Below are positions 1-14,060 of a stretch of DNA of 64,000 nt, in pieces. Made by a program: the position numbers and the translations under genes. This DNA comes from Octopus vulgaris (lineage: Eukaryota). The notes below the pieces were generated by a model that was given only the letters and a program-made list of their open reading frames with translations, had not been told where the DNA came from and did no database searches. The stretch lies in assembly GCA_951406725.2 (NCBI GenBank), contig OX597815.1, forward strand, positions 46,004,001 through 46,068,000. Reading direction: 5' to 3'. Every line of letters begins with the position of its first letter. Position 1 is the stretch's first letter.

Positions 1-448
1 GAAATTATCCATGGAGTCCGGCCCGAGTATCTTCTAGAAATGAACAACTAGTCGATTATCATCGACGCTAAAAATTTCTCCGAAGAAATTTCCATTTATT
101 TTTCAAGTTAAGCACAAATATAGTTTATAGTTATTATGTGTTTACCAACGATATACCCAAACGTGCGAACGTTGTTTATAAGACGAGGAATCAGAGTAGA
201 ACATGAAAGAAGCTCGTAACAAACAGAGACTGCGAACCTGTTTCAGTATCTGCTTAATGTACTGGATAGCTTAATACTATTCATTGATATGTTCTCACAA
301 TAAAGTTTTGCATCCGTGTAGCAATTCAGTCATACCTCTAGCTGTTGTCTGTGCACTGAAGATAATGTAGATTGAGCAGCATAAATTATTCGGTTTCGAT
401 TCATGGCTATTTACTGTTCTAATACTTTTGGAGAGTGTAAGAAAATTA

Positions 449-484
<36 letters not shown>

Positions 485-1548
485 CAACATACACAGCAAT
501 ATACAATTCACTATGGAACACAACAGTAAGCAACTCCCTTTTCTAGACATCTTAATGAGAATAGTTAACAACCACATAGAAACAGACATCTTTTATAAAC
601 CCACAGATTCGAAACAATACCTATTATTTAACTCCTGCCACCCCAAACACATAAAAATCAACATACCCTTTAACCTAGCAAAAAGAATCTGCACCATAGT
701 TTCCGATACATACACTCGAGAACATAGACTCCTTGAACTTAGATCTACACTAACTAAAAGACATTACCCAATCTCATTAGTAAATGAAGGCATCAAAAGA
801 GCTAAGGAAATAGATATACAAAGGTTAAGGAAAACTAGCCGAAATACTAAACAAGACTTAAAAATACTCCCGTACATCTCCGCACATAACCCCAGAAGCA
901 ACGAAGCCTTCAACATCATCACCCAAAACCTTCCCATCCTCACAGCAGACAAAACAATGAACAAAATTTTAAGCTCATATAAAATTATAAAAAGCAAAAA
1001 GCAACCCAAGTCACTGAAAAAATATTAACCAGCGCTAGACTTTACCCACTAACAATTGAGCCAAAAGGGACAAAATGTGGACGTTCTAACTGTGGAACAT
1101 ACCCCCACCTTCTGGAGGGTTCAGAATTCCAATTCAAACAAAGATAAATATTTAAGATCAAATCAAATTTCACCTGCGCCTCAGCAAATGTAATCTATGT
1201 CATGACATGCATAGGATGTGGTAAACTATATTGGACAAACAGGAATTTCGCTCCGTCAAAGAATCACCATTCACAAAGAGCAAATCCGTCACCCACAATA
1301 CAGACAGTTAAATGTGAGTGAACACATAGAAAGATGTGCCAGGAATCTTAATCTCAATTTCCAAATATTTCATTTTTACCAATGTTCACAGAACACCACA
1401 ATGCAACAAAAGTTGAATAAAGAGGCATTTTTCATTAATAAATTTCTCCCCCAACTAAATATGAACACACAACTCAATACAGAACACCACTAACTCTTCA
1501 ATTGAAACCACTAAACCCTATACACTTCCTACACCACTCACATCTCTA

Positions 1549-1608
1549 AATCCAGAACTACTTACCTCCCTTACAAATAATCCAGAACTACTTACCTCCC
1601 TTACAAAT
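1549..1608 (+). repeat. 30-bp tandem duplication
   Basis: aatccagaactacttacctcccttacaaat x2. Confidence 0.9.
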
Positions 1609-1664
1609 ACTCTTTTTTCTCAGGAACTGTTAGACCTGACACCGTGTATTAACCGGTGTTGTTC

Positions 1665-1701
1665 AAACGATGAATAATTTTGCCGAAACCATGGTTCGTT
1701 T
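1665..1701 (+). ncRNA. Degenerate hammerhead ribozyme remnant in the PLE tail
   Basis: AAACG-(ATGA)-...GCC-GAAA-CCATGG-TT-CGTTT: stem I AAACG/CGTTT and palindromic stem III are present. CTG of the core and part of stem II are missing. Confidence 0.4.
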
Positions 1702-2109
1702 TGTTCTCTTACTTTATTATCATCTTATAATCATCTCATAATAATGACTTTTATGACTCGTAGTCAATCTAAAGGTATATCTTTGTCGTTACCTGTCATA
1801 AATAACCTTTTTTCTATTTGCAATGTGCATTTTCGTTGATTTTTCATATTTTACCCTTACATTTCCACGTGTATTTTATATTTTCTTTTCGTAACATATT
1901 TCTACTATATATATATATATATATATATTTAAATACTATTGTATTTTACTCAGAAGGTATTGGAATCTTATATGTATACCATTCTGCCTAAATAATGCAT
2001 CTACAAATGCAATATTCCTGCATATCTTACAGCTATTTTCATTCCTTCACTTCACTCTCTATTTCGTATCTTATCTAAATTAACTATTGCTCACCAATTT
2101 TCTCACACC

Positions 2110-2157
2110 GTCTCCGACGAAGGGATATAATAAATATCCTGGAAACAGCTGTAAGAC
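2110..2157 (+). ncRNA. Minimal type I hammerhead motif, U4C variant, in a pLTR-like fragment (~1929-2225)
   Basis: GTCT-CCGACGA-AGGGATAT-aataa-ATATCCT-G-GAAA-CAGCTG-TA-AGAC. Confidence 0.7.
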
Positions 2158-2228
2158 CTATTTATAAATGTTCTAAAATCTTCACAGCCTTGGTTTTTTT
2201 TTATCTCATTCCGAAAAAAAAATTATAT

Positions 2229-2289
2229 ACATACATACATACATACATACATACATACATACATACATACATACATACATACATACATG

Positions 2290-2371
<82 letters not shown>
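2229..2371. repeat. Compound microsatellite (TACA)n(TA)n
   Basis: Directly visible; representative of dozens of such tracts in the window. Confidence 0.95.
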
Positions 2372-2374
<3 letters not shown>

Positions 2375-4288
2375 CTCTCTGCAAGCACCAATTTCAGACA
2401 GAAAAGAGCAACACATGTTGACTTTTTGCTTAAAATTTCTAATATCACTTACATTAAAACCTTCGCAATTAATTCATTATTATTTATTACGTTTTAAATT
2501 TTATTTTTCGCGGTTTCATGCCTAATTAAGAAAAGCTTGACAGATATGTTTCCATCTGGCAAACATATGTCTGCTGACGACTTCCATATAAATTTCCGGA
2601 ATCCGATTGATACCTACCTAACTGTTAGATTGAAGAGGGAACATTAATTTCACTGTAAGGACGTCAACACATAATAAGTAGTTTGAGAGCATTATATTCC
2701 ATCATAAATTTAATGTTTACATAATATTATCTGCATATGTATGAGATATATATCAGTGTCTCTGTGTGTTTATAAATGCATTTACCCAGCTCTGTGCTTA
2801 TATTTGCGCCCGACTATTTTTGTTGAATATGTATGTGTAAGAAGAGAAAAGTAAAATGAATAGGTCGATTCAGATAGTGAGAGGTGAATAAGAACGTATT
2901 TCGTTTTTCTTCAAGCGGCCAAATAATAAACCTTTTAATTGATCCAACATGTAATAGTGATGTTCATATGCATATAGTTAGCTTCTTAATAATGTTGGCG
3001 AATAAATGTAATAAGAGAGAAAAATAAAGTCTCTTATCAATTATGAAATCAACAAACATATCTTTTATAGGTTGATACCGAAATTTCATATTTTGTAATT
3101 GTAAACAGATGCTGTTTACTAGATTTAAAGCGCCATTCTAACTTCTTTTGAATGTCTTTCTCTGAAAGGAATATTTCATTTTCTTTATTTTCTTTATTTA
3201 TATAATTAAATCGTAGCATATAATCGCTTAATGTTGTCACATACACCAATGATATAAGAGGCATGTTTGTTGTACTGATGTTATTGTATTTATTCATGAA
3301 CTTTTTGGAGCGTGATATTTCAGTTAAGATCTTGAAAATAATCTTCAGTTAAGTTAGTGTTAACATATTTAATGTGACGAATAACAAGAATCTAATTGGA
3401 AATAGTTATTTGGTGTGAAAATAAGACTAAAAGACTTCGTTTGCTGTTTCGCTTATGCAATTTTAGAGCAAATTAGATTTCAGTTGTTTTTGCTGTCTAG
3501 CTCGGGTCATTCATCTCTCATGTCGTAGACATGTAATCAAAAGTGTTATAACTGCAACCTATATTTCATGTTTTATTCATGGCGACACTATGTATCTTGG
3601 ACTACCTTACGTTATGTAATTCTCCCAATTTATTAAAGACGCTCGGGTATGAAATAAAAGAAAGCAGATGAGTCTCTTTCCTCTTAACTGACATTTCTAG
3701 CAGAAAGCTTTCATTGGCTAAAAATAAGTTAGTTGTTTAATTACAAAGTATATATATTTTTCATGCGGTAGGAAAGGCCATACAGATATTTCATATAGGT
3801 GCATGAAGCTACTGAATAAAATTATCAAATTTATAAAGCATATACATCGGTTACATAGAACGAAAGTAGTTCAAGTATTCTTGTTAAATCAAGTAAAATA
3901 TTTGAAATTGTCACGCTGCATAAAAAAAGGTTGGTTGTTCGTAGGTTGTACAATGACATGATTGTAAATAGCGTTTATGTGTCACCTTGACAAATTCCAC
4001 AAAGCAATTTCTAAACAGTCCACCGACACAAGCATGTGTCTATCTAAACATTAACTCCTAGCTTAAACGCTCAATGAAAATATCTCAGCAGAAGATACAC
4101 ACACACAGGCACACACACACGCACACACACATAGTTCTATCTCTCATGTACTTACATTTAAGAAATACTAACACTACACTACACACACACACATATATAT
4201 ATATTGCAAGCCGAAAAACTGCCTCACTAGCCAGCATTATTAGACGGTGGACGACATAATGGAATAGGAGCTTTATTTGCATATTCAA

Positions 4289-4333
<45 letters not shown>

Positions 4334-4336
4334 CCT

Positions 4337-4570
4337 TTATCTTTTACTTGTTTTAGTCATTAGACTGCGGCCATGTTGGGGTACTGCCTTGAAGAATTTT
4401 AGTCGAACGAATCGGTCCAGTACAGTACTTATTTATTCCTTTTTTTAGCCTGGTTTTTATACTATTAGACTTTTTGCCACACCGATAAGTTACGGGGTGT
4501 CGTAAACACAATATGACTGATTGCCAAGCGGTGGGGGGGGGGGGGGGGACAAAAACAGACACAAAGTCAC
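4337..4570 (-). mobile_element. SINE family A, 3' part
   Basis: Matches the 3' half of the full copy at 60636-61050 (gactgcggccatg...agtcgaacgaatcg). Confidence 0.75.
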
Positions 4571-4748
4571 ACACGTACGCGCGCGCACACACACACACAC
4601 ACACTCACACACACACACAACACACAATTATATTTCCTATTCCCTATCTGAATATCTCCTGAATTCACCACCTCTAATACACTTAGCTCTCCACAAAATC
4701 ATTCCATCTTTGAAATTCTTTCCCTTAAGACCTCAAATGTAAGACCTC

Positions 4749-4841
4749 TTCCCTGAAGACAGGAGCTCGTTTCATCCTACGATGGAATCACTCTACAACT
4801 ACTATTTTGGATCACCGAGTCCCCAGAAAAAGTTGTTGGGG
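4749..4841 (+). ncRNA. Degenerate hammerhead-like motif with long stem II
   Basis: TTCC-CTGAAGA-caGGAGCTCG...CGAGTCCcca-GAAA-aagttgt-t-GGGG; stem III is imperfect. Confidence 0.3.
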
Positions 4842-5109
4842 TTGTAATAATTTTCTTCAATCCCTTTAATTTTCTACATCATTTGTATTCTGTGTAAGTT
4901 GGACCCTTGCGTATCTAAACAAATATACATTTTTTTGTATTTCATGTATTCAATATTCTTTATATATTAATTGATCTATCTAACTTATCCCTACCTCTAC
5001 TTCTATAGTATACCCGCTCAAGTTTAACTCTCTTGAGCACTACTAAGTGTATTCTATACGGAGAATATCTAATTCCCATCTCTGAACTATATATATAGTG
5101 GTTGTCTGA

Positions 5110-5476
5110 GAATTTCTACAAGTTCACCAGACCCAATTTCTGGCTTTTTAATTCCTCCCATTGTAATCTCGTGGATTACTATATGAGAAAAACACCAGCC
5201 GCTTTGCCAGCAACACCAAGGCTGAACTGGTGGTCAAGATCAAGGAGGTGTTGGTTGATCTTCCTATGGACAATGTGAGGAATGCATGCGCCGGGTTCCG
5301 GATCCACTTGAGGCCGTAGCAGGAGCTAAGGTCGACTGCGTTGAAGAAACTGTAACCTTCCAGCCATAATACAGGTGATATTTTTTGATTTTTTAAAAAA
5401 TATTTTATTTTTGGATGGGATATTGTACTTTATTTTCCTTTTATGCAAACTGTCAAACTTAGCCCAAACACCTTGT
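5110..5476 (+). mobile_element. Tc1/mariner (maT/DD37D-like) transposase 3' remnant
   Basis: Degenerate WPPNSPD-NP-DYY motif, then NTKAELVVKIKEVLVDLPMDNVRNACAGFR; ends in a TIR-like ...cccaaacaccttg. Related to the element at 50848-51703. Confidence 0.7.
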
Positions 5477-5519
5477 GTGTGTGCGCGTGCGCGAGTGTGT
5501 GTGCGAGAGAGAATGAGTG

Positions 5520-5578
<59 letters not shown>

Positions 5579-6254
5579 GAGCGTGTGTGTATGTGTGTGT
5601 GCGTGTATCATTGTGTTTATCACTTTGAAAAGTCGTGTTGGTTTGTTTATGTCCCTATGTTCGGCCAAGAGAGAAGTGTGGAAGAAATATCAGATTTAAC
5701 CCTTACACTAAACTGAGGCAACTTAATCTGTTATAACTTTCGACCGCAACCTAATGAGTGAAACAAGGAAGTATACATGTTGTAATTTGAGAGGGTATTT
5801 CAATAAAAAATTGTACACATTTATTATGTTTTACTTTATCATTAATTAATTAATTAATTCATTCATTCATTACTTAATGCAGATTTTGTTTTTGTATTGA
5901 AATATACTACGAGGGGGAGGGGAGCAAAAATAGAAGTACAAAAACACACTCTAGAACATACCGGCATACACCACACACACTCACACACATGTACCTTGAA
6001 CGTGATATACAGGGCGAACACAATAACTTATATACTTTAATACATATAAATACCAAAGGTTACAAAGACTGGAAAAGCTTACAGATGTGTTGTGAATTTT
6101 CAGAAAGATCACAGGCGTGTGATGAAAGGCTTTAATTAACCAATCAATTGATTAATTATGATTAATTATATAACGTATGAATAATAATTGTAAAAAGTGA
6201 CTCCCAGTCAGCGTATGTATGATTTTATCGGTAGAGTGATTCTCCCGGTGTATA

Positions 6255-6445
6255 CGAGGCTAAAAGAAAATACAGGAGGACCAGTTAATTATGATTTTAT
6301 TCAACATATTCCCCTCTCGCATTCACACATTCATTGCAGCAATCCTTCAGTTTCTGTAAGTTCTGTGAAAGAACTCGGAAGGTTGGGCCTCCAACCAGGC
6401 CTTTCGCGATTCATTTAAAGCCAGGAACTTTTCAGCACCTCCTCG
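6255..6445. mobile_element. Mariner-derived MITE
   Basis: TA-CGAGG...CCTCG-TA termini; the right end aaagccaggaacttttcagcacctcctcg is a mariner-type TIR. Confidence 0.6.
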
Positions 6446-6449
6446 TAAT

Positions 6450-6890
6450 GGTCTCAAATTTTGGAACAAAGCCAACAATCGTGAAGGAATGGTAAGTCGA
6501 TTACATCGACCCTTGTGCTCAACTAGTACTCATGTTATCGATACTGAAATGATGAAAAACATAGCCGACCTCGGTAGTATCTGAATCAGAACGAAAAGAG
6601 CCGGAAGAAATGTTAAACATTTTATCCGGCATGGTAACGATTCTATCACCTCACCGTATTGGCTCTCCCAAAGAATAGTTCTTTCCACTATAGGAACAAA
6701 GCCTGGAATTTTTTGTGAGAGTGGGGTAGCATTTCTTCTACTCCAGTGATCAACTGAACTTTTATCAACTACGAAAGGATGAAAGGTACAATTGACCTTG
6801 GCAGCATCTAAACTCAGAACGTAAAGCACCGGAAGAAATGTCACTAGGCATTTCTTCTTCGCTAACGATACTGCCATATTGTCTTCCTGC
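6450..6890 (-). mobile_element. Two tandem degenerate SINE family B copies
   Basis: Similar to 33529-33928 (gtcgattacatcgacc, ggatgaaagg, aactcagaacgtaa). Confidence 0.7.
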
Positions 6891-6944
6891 ATAAAATTAT
6901 CAAGAATCTTATGAGACAAGTACTGTCTGTGTATGTGTGTTTTC

Positions 6945-6976
<32 letters not shown>

Positions 6977-7166
6977 TGTGTGTGTGTGTACATGGGTATT
7001 TGTGGGGTGCTCAGCCACTTGTACGTTAATATCACGAGCAGGCTGTTCCATTGATGGGGCCAAATGGAACCCGCGTCTTCCTAACCGACGGAGTGCCAGC
7101 ACTATGTGTGCATTAGAAGCTCTGTCTGAGTTGTGGAAGCCACGGCGGGCCTCACCTGAGCCTTAA

Positions 7167-7362
7167 TCTTTTATCTTTCACTTTTATTTAGTCATTTGGT
7201 CATACTGGAGCAAGGCCTCGAACGGTTTAGTCGACCCCAGTATTTAAGTTTAAAGTGTGGCACTTATTCTGTCGTTTTTTTTTGCCGAACTGCTAAGTTA
7301 AGCGTGTGTAAACAAACCAGCGCCGGTTGTGAAGCGATGGTGGAAGAAACACAAACACAAAG

Positions 7363-7413
<51 letters not shown>

Positions 7414-7578
7414 CATGTATACGATTGGCTTTCACATAGTTTCCGTCTATCAAATTCACTTACATGACATTTGTCGGGTGGGGTTATAGTAAAAGACACT
7501 TGCTCAAGACACCGTGCAGTACGAATGAACTCGAGAGCACGTGGTTACAAAGCGAGCTTCTAAACCACAAAACCATGC
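7167..7578 (-). mobile_element. SINE family A, near full length, with internal (CA)n
   Basis: Reverse complement of the copy at 60636-61050. Confidence 0.8.
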
Positions 7579-7734
7579 TTTGTGGAATATCGATAATTTG
7601 TGTGTGTGTGTGTGTGTGTATGTGTGGGGGCGAAATGAAGCATCTTCTGACCTTGTAGAGAAAGACTTGTCGCTGGGATGCGATCGTAAATATTTTAAGA
7701 ATATATTTTTCGACAGGATAAATTCACGGTAATA

Positions 7735-7897
7735 TTGGTTTCAAATCCCGGCACAAGGCCAGCAATTATAAGTGGTGGGAGAGTCGATTATATCGACCCC
7801 GAGAGGTTGAAAGCTAAAGTCGACTTCGGCGGAATTTGAACCCAGAACGTAAAGACGGACGAAATAACGCTAACGATTCTGCCAGCTCACCGCCTTA
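7735..7897 (-). mobile_element. SINE family B
   Basis: aaagtcgacttcggcggaatttgaacccagaacgt...ctgccagctcaccgcctt. Confidence 0.8.
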
Positions 7898-8394
7898 AAT
7901 CTATGAGTAATATCAAGACCTAACTATTACGTTTATATCACTATAACACGTTTTTTTTTATTGTCCTTTCAATTTTCTAGAATATGCTTTGCCATCAACC
8001 TCATTGGGTGCAATTAACCAAGTCGAGTATTAGGGATAACCCAATAGAAAGTTACGCTGAAATCCATATCATTGATTAACTCTAGCAATTAGTTTTACTA
8101 TATAATTATCACTGCTTATGTCATGGTGTCAGTTTCTAAAAAGAATGAAATAGTGCAATACACGATTACCGTAACTAGAAATTGTAAGAACTTCGCAAAA
8201 AGTAGGTAAATAAATAAAACATAAAAATAACTAAAAATGTAAATTCTATGCAAATTTTCCTCTCATTTCCTTAATTTCAGTCACAAATTTCTAATCCTGC
8301 TTCATGTTGTGAGAGAATGGTTATCTCCGTTATATTAACGGCCCTCACTAGTAGGAATCACATGTACTATCTGCTTAGTTATATAGATATGGTT

Positions 8395-8790
8395 ATTATT
8401 GCTGTTTATCCTGACTGAGCATGCCTGTGATCAAGGACGTTCCAGCCCTGCCCATCCTGTCATCTTCTACGTTATTCAATGTGACATTCCTTTCTTTACA
8501 ACGTTTGAAGTGATTCAAGCAGGTTTAGTTAGTAGTTTTTAGCAGGTCGAGCAATGCACAATGGCTCCTTTGTTGCTTTATTGTTCTTGTTGCCCCAGGT
8601 CAGCGCTGATCAAGGAAATATAAGATACAAAGCGTTCTAGCTATGACAAATTCATCCTTCTTTGGACATTGTGTATGCAAAACAAACTACACTAATCAAC
8701 GCCTGGTCGCTGAACAGGCTAGAGATAGCAGTAAAATCACATCGTGCAGTCTTAAAAGAGGAAGGCGTTTTGGATACTAATATATTGGAT
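8395..8790 (+). repeat. Old degenerate interspersed repeat (family D)
   Basis: Motif gttg..ccccaggtcagc.ctgatc....tgatcaa.g.cgttccagc recurs near 3480, 24240-24360(-), 26470 and 30200-30390(-). Confidence 0.4.
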
Positions 8791-9026
8791 CCACTTCCTT
8801 TGTTACATTTCAGATTTCTTTCTAACTTTACGTCTGTTACAGTCTGTTTTCTTTTCTTTCAACAGTTCTTTCATTTTACTTCCTACTTATTTTTTTTGTC
8901 TACACACAACGACACATACATACATACACACACACACATAAATACACACATACACACACACACATACATACATACATATATACATACATACATACATACA
9001 CACATACACACACACATACATACATG

Positions 9027-9072
<46 letters not shown>

Positions 9073-10125
9073 TATATTACTTTCTTTGTATCTTGTCTTT
9101 TCTTCTTTCTTTTACTCATACTTTATAATCTTCCATGTTCTTTCTTTTGTTCACTTAGCATTTCATTCTTTCTATTGTTGAATCTACAACTTTCTCCCAT
9201 TGGTTGTTTTTTTCTCTCTCTTACCGTTCGTGTTCGTCATTTATTTGTCTTTCATTTTCCGTTGCTTACTTTACTTCTCTGCTTCTTCCTTTATTTCAGT
9301 TTAGCTGAAGCTCTCGGCGTTCCCCGAGTACAAAAATAGGTAGAAACAGTTTTCATTTTTGTTAAACCAAATGAATTAATCTATAGCAAGAATTTATGTT
9401 TTTCTAATTGTATTTTATTGTAATGCATTTTCCAGGCTTCTGTATAGAAGCTTCTGAGACTGTGTTTATTGCTCATTTTGATTTTGTGACATAAGAAAAT
9501 ACCATCTTTATGCTTTATTTTGCATATACCTTCTGGTGTTCCTGCACTGGTAAGGAACAGCCTACAACAGGAACAATTCTTTCAGGAATGAGTTTCATTC
9601 GCCAAGATTTCTAAGGAAGACATCTTTTGTTCTGTGGTTTGGTGTTTGCGCATACAACATGTAGTTGAACACGAGAGCAACATATACTTCTCGTTTCAAC
9701 TCCAGAACCCCGTAGTGCTGTCCTTGAAACTTGCTGATATTTATGGAAACAGAAAGCGGTGAGCCGGCAGAATCGTTAGCATGTCAGATAAAATGCTTGG
9801 TGGTATTTCACCCGACTTTACGTTCTGAGTTCAAACGCCGCCGAACTCGACTTCACCTATCATCCTCGACGAATAAGACATGCTGTAGCCATGCCAAAGA
9901 TATCCAGTGATTCTTGTATGTTCTGATAGCCACTATTAATTATATATTAATTTAGATAAGTATTTGAAATAATATAGTCATTTGATCTCTCTGTTTCTCA
10001 CATGCCCGTTCAGCCATTCATTCTAATTTTTCTTTAAATTGGAATATTATCTTTCAAAATGCTACTTATCCAATGATGTTGGATTCGTCATGTTTGATGT
10101 ATTATCTCACCTATTTGACATCAGT

Positions 10126-10216
10126 TTAAAATTTTACCTGAAGATGGTGCAGTAATGTTATGATGTAATCTATGAACACCACAATAAAATTCTACCGAAA
10201 CAGTTGTAAATTTTAA
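10126..10216 (+). ncRNA. Minimal type I hammerhead ribozyme motif (core intact) in a pLTR-like segment ~9880-10440
   Basis: TTAAAATTTTAC-CTGAAGA-tGGT...ACC-GAAA-CAG-TT-GTAAATTTTAA: 11-bp stem I with one bulge, ultra-short stem III. Confidence 0.6.
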
Positions 10217-10437
10217 GCCCCATTTATGTTCCTTTTTATACCTACGCCTCACCTAAAACCAGCCCCGAGTTGGATCTACAGCTTAAATTGGATTTGGTAC
10301 TAACATATCTACAAAACCCTACCAACACCTGATACCTTCGTGGTTGTTTTACCTCACTGTGGACCCAATATTATTGCACCTAGCCATTTCTGGCGTCCTA
10401 TATGTTGATGTGCCTAGATTCTATTGAATACTATAAC

Positions 10438-10493
<56 letters not shown>

Positions 10494-12113
10494 GCACGCT
10501 CACACAGACCGTCCACGTCCTTCCGACTAATTTGGAGTACCTGATTTATGGATTTCTTACTCTACTCTTGGATTGCGCTACCTTTTAAGTCATTTGGAGT
10601 ACGCCATTTTTGCACCTTTGATTATGTATGTGTGTGTGTGTGTGTATGTGTGTGTGCGTGTGTGTGTGTGTGTGTTTGTATGCCTGACTGTGTGTGTATA
10701 TACATTGCGCGTCTGTATGAATGTCTTTATTTTGTATATGTATATTTCTATACACGAATCTACGCACATACTATTTCTGTGTGTTTTTGTACCTGTTTGT
10801 TGTGTATATGTGAGCGCGTATTCATATGCAAATTGTCTTTGCGTGTGTGCGAGAATGTGCGTGTGTGCACGTGCATGCGTGTTCGTGTGCAGAGATTGTG
10901 TTTCATAATGTAAGATATTTTTCATGTTTTTCAATGACATATTAACAATCCACTACCCTTATTCCCTACTCCCTATTTTCTCTCTCTCTGTTACAATGTC
11001 ATTCTAATTACGTTTAAATCCTTCCCATTCTCTTATGACATCTCTTATTGCCCGTTCATACCTCTTTCACACACATATTTTCTACCTCTTTATCTTTTTC
11101 GTTTTCCCTGATTACATTTTCACTTCCCTATTCCTCTAAATCCTCTTTCCTTCAAACTTAATGGATCTCTCTCTCTCTCTCACTTTCTCTCTCTTCCTTC
11201 CTCCCTGTCTTCGTCTCTGTCTGTCTGTCTGTCTGTCTGTCTCTGTTTCTCTCTCTTCGTCTCTATGTCTGGCGGTCTCTTTAATTCCATCTCTATTTCT
11301 CTCTGTTTCTCATTTTCGGATTGCATTTTCCTTGGTCTCCTAATTTTCCCAATATCTCACTTCTCCCTTGACATCATCTCTTTGCTTCCTTCTTTCTCCC
11401 GCTTCCTTCCTTCTTTATCCCCTCTATTACTCTTTTCGTTTATTCTTCCTAATACTTTCCTATATGGACCCCCTCCCCCACCCAATCTCTCTACTCTCAT
11501 TATTTCTCTCACATTTGTTAATCTCCGCCATAGTTGTCATAATACTTAGATTGCCGAAATACTTGGAATATTTCGCAGTTTGATTCATATATTTCCTTCA
11601 TTCATTTATTTTGGCAATGGACCGATCAGCTCAAGCTAAAAATCTGATATTATTTTCTATGGAAAGAATTTCGGATCTCGAATAAAACAAATTTGGGATT
11701 AATGAACACTAATGACAATCGAGAAAAAAGAGAAAAAAATTGCAGATACAAAAACAGTTTCACTGTAACCAGTGAAGCGTTCGGTCGTTACAAACATTCA
11801 GTTAAGGGATTTGAAAAAGAAAAAAAAAAAAGGTAAAAATATGAGTTTATTCCTTTCAAAACTATAGTCCTACTCTATAGGGACATAATGGTTGCAAATG
11901 GACACAAAGAGGTGTGACAGACGGATTCATAATGTTTGATTTCGATTCCCCTATATTCGGTTGTTTGCTGCTCAAGTTCTGAAAGAAATGGAGTGTCAAT
12001 AAATCCATGGTTGTGGCATTCGTGTTCGACGAATAAAGTATTATTTGAGGAACTAAATTTATGTGAATTGATCATGAACCACCCACTAATATGTACACGT
12101 CAGAAATCACTAC

Positions 12114-12206
<93 letters not shown>

Positions 12207-12224
12207 GCTATCTAGCTATCTATA

Positions 12225-12287
<63 letters not shown>

Positions 12288-12299
12288 TACACACGCACA

Positions 12300-12352
<53 letters not shown>

Positions 12353-12369
12353 GCGCACATACACACACA

Positions 12370-14060
12370 CAGAGTGGTGGGTATAGCTAACCAAAAAGTT
12401 AGCTTCGCAAACGTTAAACTGCTAAACAGGTGAAAAAATTAGCAGAAGCTAACGCTAACTGATAATCGCTAACTTTTATTGTATGAATTCAGTTTCGGTT
12501 TGCTTTTTGGGCTCTAACCTCCCTAAAAACAGACCAAGGAGCTGAAATTTTCATGTTGTAGCCTAGACATAGAGCTTTCCAAAAAAGGTATATCATGCCA
12601 AGATCAGATGATGATCAATATGTATTACTCTGGCTGGGCCTTCTCCATCGCCTCGACGTGATGCTGGTTGCCCTTCGTAAACATCAGCCTCTCAAAGTTA
12701 TCATCTGACAGGGTACCTCTCTTGGCCCTCAAAATATCTTTGCCTATAGAGAATAGGCGCTCAACTACAGCACTGGATGGGATCGACTTGATGAATAGGT
12801 CATTCAAGACCTGCTCACCAAAAAAGGGTGACTTCAGTTGGGACCTCCTTCGAGACGGCTTCCAGCCAGGTCTTCACAAATTTCTGCACCTTGGATTTCA
12901 GGGATCTGTGGTTCCTGATCTCCCGGAACCGAATGCTGTTGCTGAAGAAATCATCTTCCTCATCCTCATTGCTGGTGGTGTTGCTGCCCTCCTCATTGGT
13001 CTCCGTTAGTGCTGTCTCTAAGACGGTCTCCATGGCGTTAGTTACTTTGCTAACCTGGCTGTTATTATACTGTTCCCGTCAGAACTGGCAAAACTTAGGG
13101 CTGAAAGCAGCGGCCAGATGGCACTCCAGGTCTCCTAGGAGGAGCCTAAACCTTTTCGTGATGCCTACCAGTATGGTATCTACCAGTGGACTGCAACATA
13201 GATGTTTGAACTTGGCCTCCTTCATCTTCATGACGGTATCTGCTACAATTTGCAGAAGGCTCCCGTCGGATTTTATCCAAGAGCTTGGCAACATTAGACA
13301 ACATATTAGAGTAGGAAGCCAATAGAATCAGTGAAGGTCTGCAGCTTCAGCTGTGTCATCATCCTATGGACAGTACCCCCTATTCCTCTCCAGCGGGTTT
13401 CTGAGGACAACAACAGAGTCACTTGTAGAATTCCATCCGGTACTGTTGGAGACCACCAGCCGCCTCTTCAACGCGTCTAGAATGCTGTTAGCCGCCACCA
13501 TGCTACGGCTCTGCAAATTTCACAGCCGCTGTGCCTTGGACATGGCCTTCCTGTAGGCCGACTTGAATGAAGCACTATCAAGCGACTTGTCGGCATCGAC
13601 ACTGGCTACCAAGTTGAAGGTATGGGCTGCGTACTACATGTGCACAGGCAGGTTTAGGCCCAGGCCACTGGACTCGTCAAGGATGGCATCAACAGAATTT
13701 GTCCTCAACTTCGTCGACATTCCCAGCCTCGGGATTCATGCCCAGGTCCACATCCTCGACGCCCTCCATTTCCGGATGAGCAGCAGCCTCAGGAATGTCT
13801 GGCAAGAGTTTAACTTCTGTACCAAAATGCATAAATGCCACAATAAAGTTTTTGCTGTTGTCCGTCGTGTCCACAATGGCTTGAGCAAGAACATCAAAGG
13901 TGTGATATCCTCTGAGCCGAGAGCAGGCCAGGACGGCGTGTTGTCTCGTGCGGGTCTTGGGGGTCCAGCCAGTGTGCCGCCACCCCCATATAGGACCTGT
14001 TGTGGGCCAACCAACAGCCCGCTGTGGTCGCCATCCAAGGGACATCTTTAAGCATTCTGT
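12370..14060 (-). mobile_element. Decayed hAT transposon (transposase pseudogene)
   Basis: Minus-strand motifs: LACSRLRGYHTFDVLA, TTDNSKNF, AAHTFNLVA, STGWNST (TRWNS), AAAFSPKF, and the C-terminal dimerisation motif PSSAVVERLFSIGKDILRAKRGTLSDDNFERL. Many stops and frameshifts. Terminus cagagtggtggg with gctaac subterminal repeats. Confidence 0.9.

Larger units (their letters stand above)
484..1905 (+). mobile_element. 5'-truncated Penelope-like retroelement (RT C-terminus + GIY-YIG endonuclease, frameshifted) with 3' pLTR-like tail
   Basis: ORF 513-1028 LPFLDI..TDIFYKPTDSKQYLLFNSCHP..NIPFNLAKRI is the PLE RT thumb. It is followed by KCGRSNC, FTCASANVIYVMTCIGCG and (1218-1493) YIGQTG..LRQRITIH..VSEH (GIY-YIG). 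Flanked by (TA)n on both sides. Confidence 0.9.

Noticed and set aside
350-400. CTGAAGA-TAAT...ATTA as a hammerhead
   Set aside because: No GAAA/stem III in the correct position. The same applies to CTGANGA hits near 2574, 22227, 27863, 29285, 30929 and 40037.
13563-14051. Plus-strand ORFs 12668-14051 as a host gene
   Set aside because: They are antisense shadows of the GC-rich hAT transposase remnant
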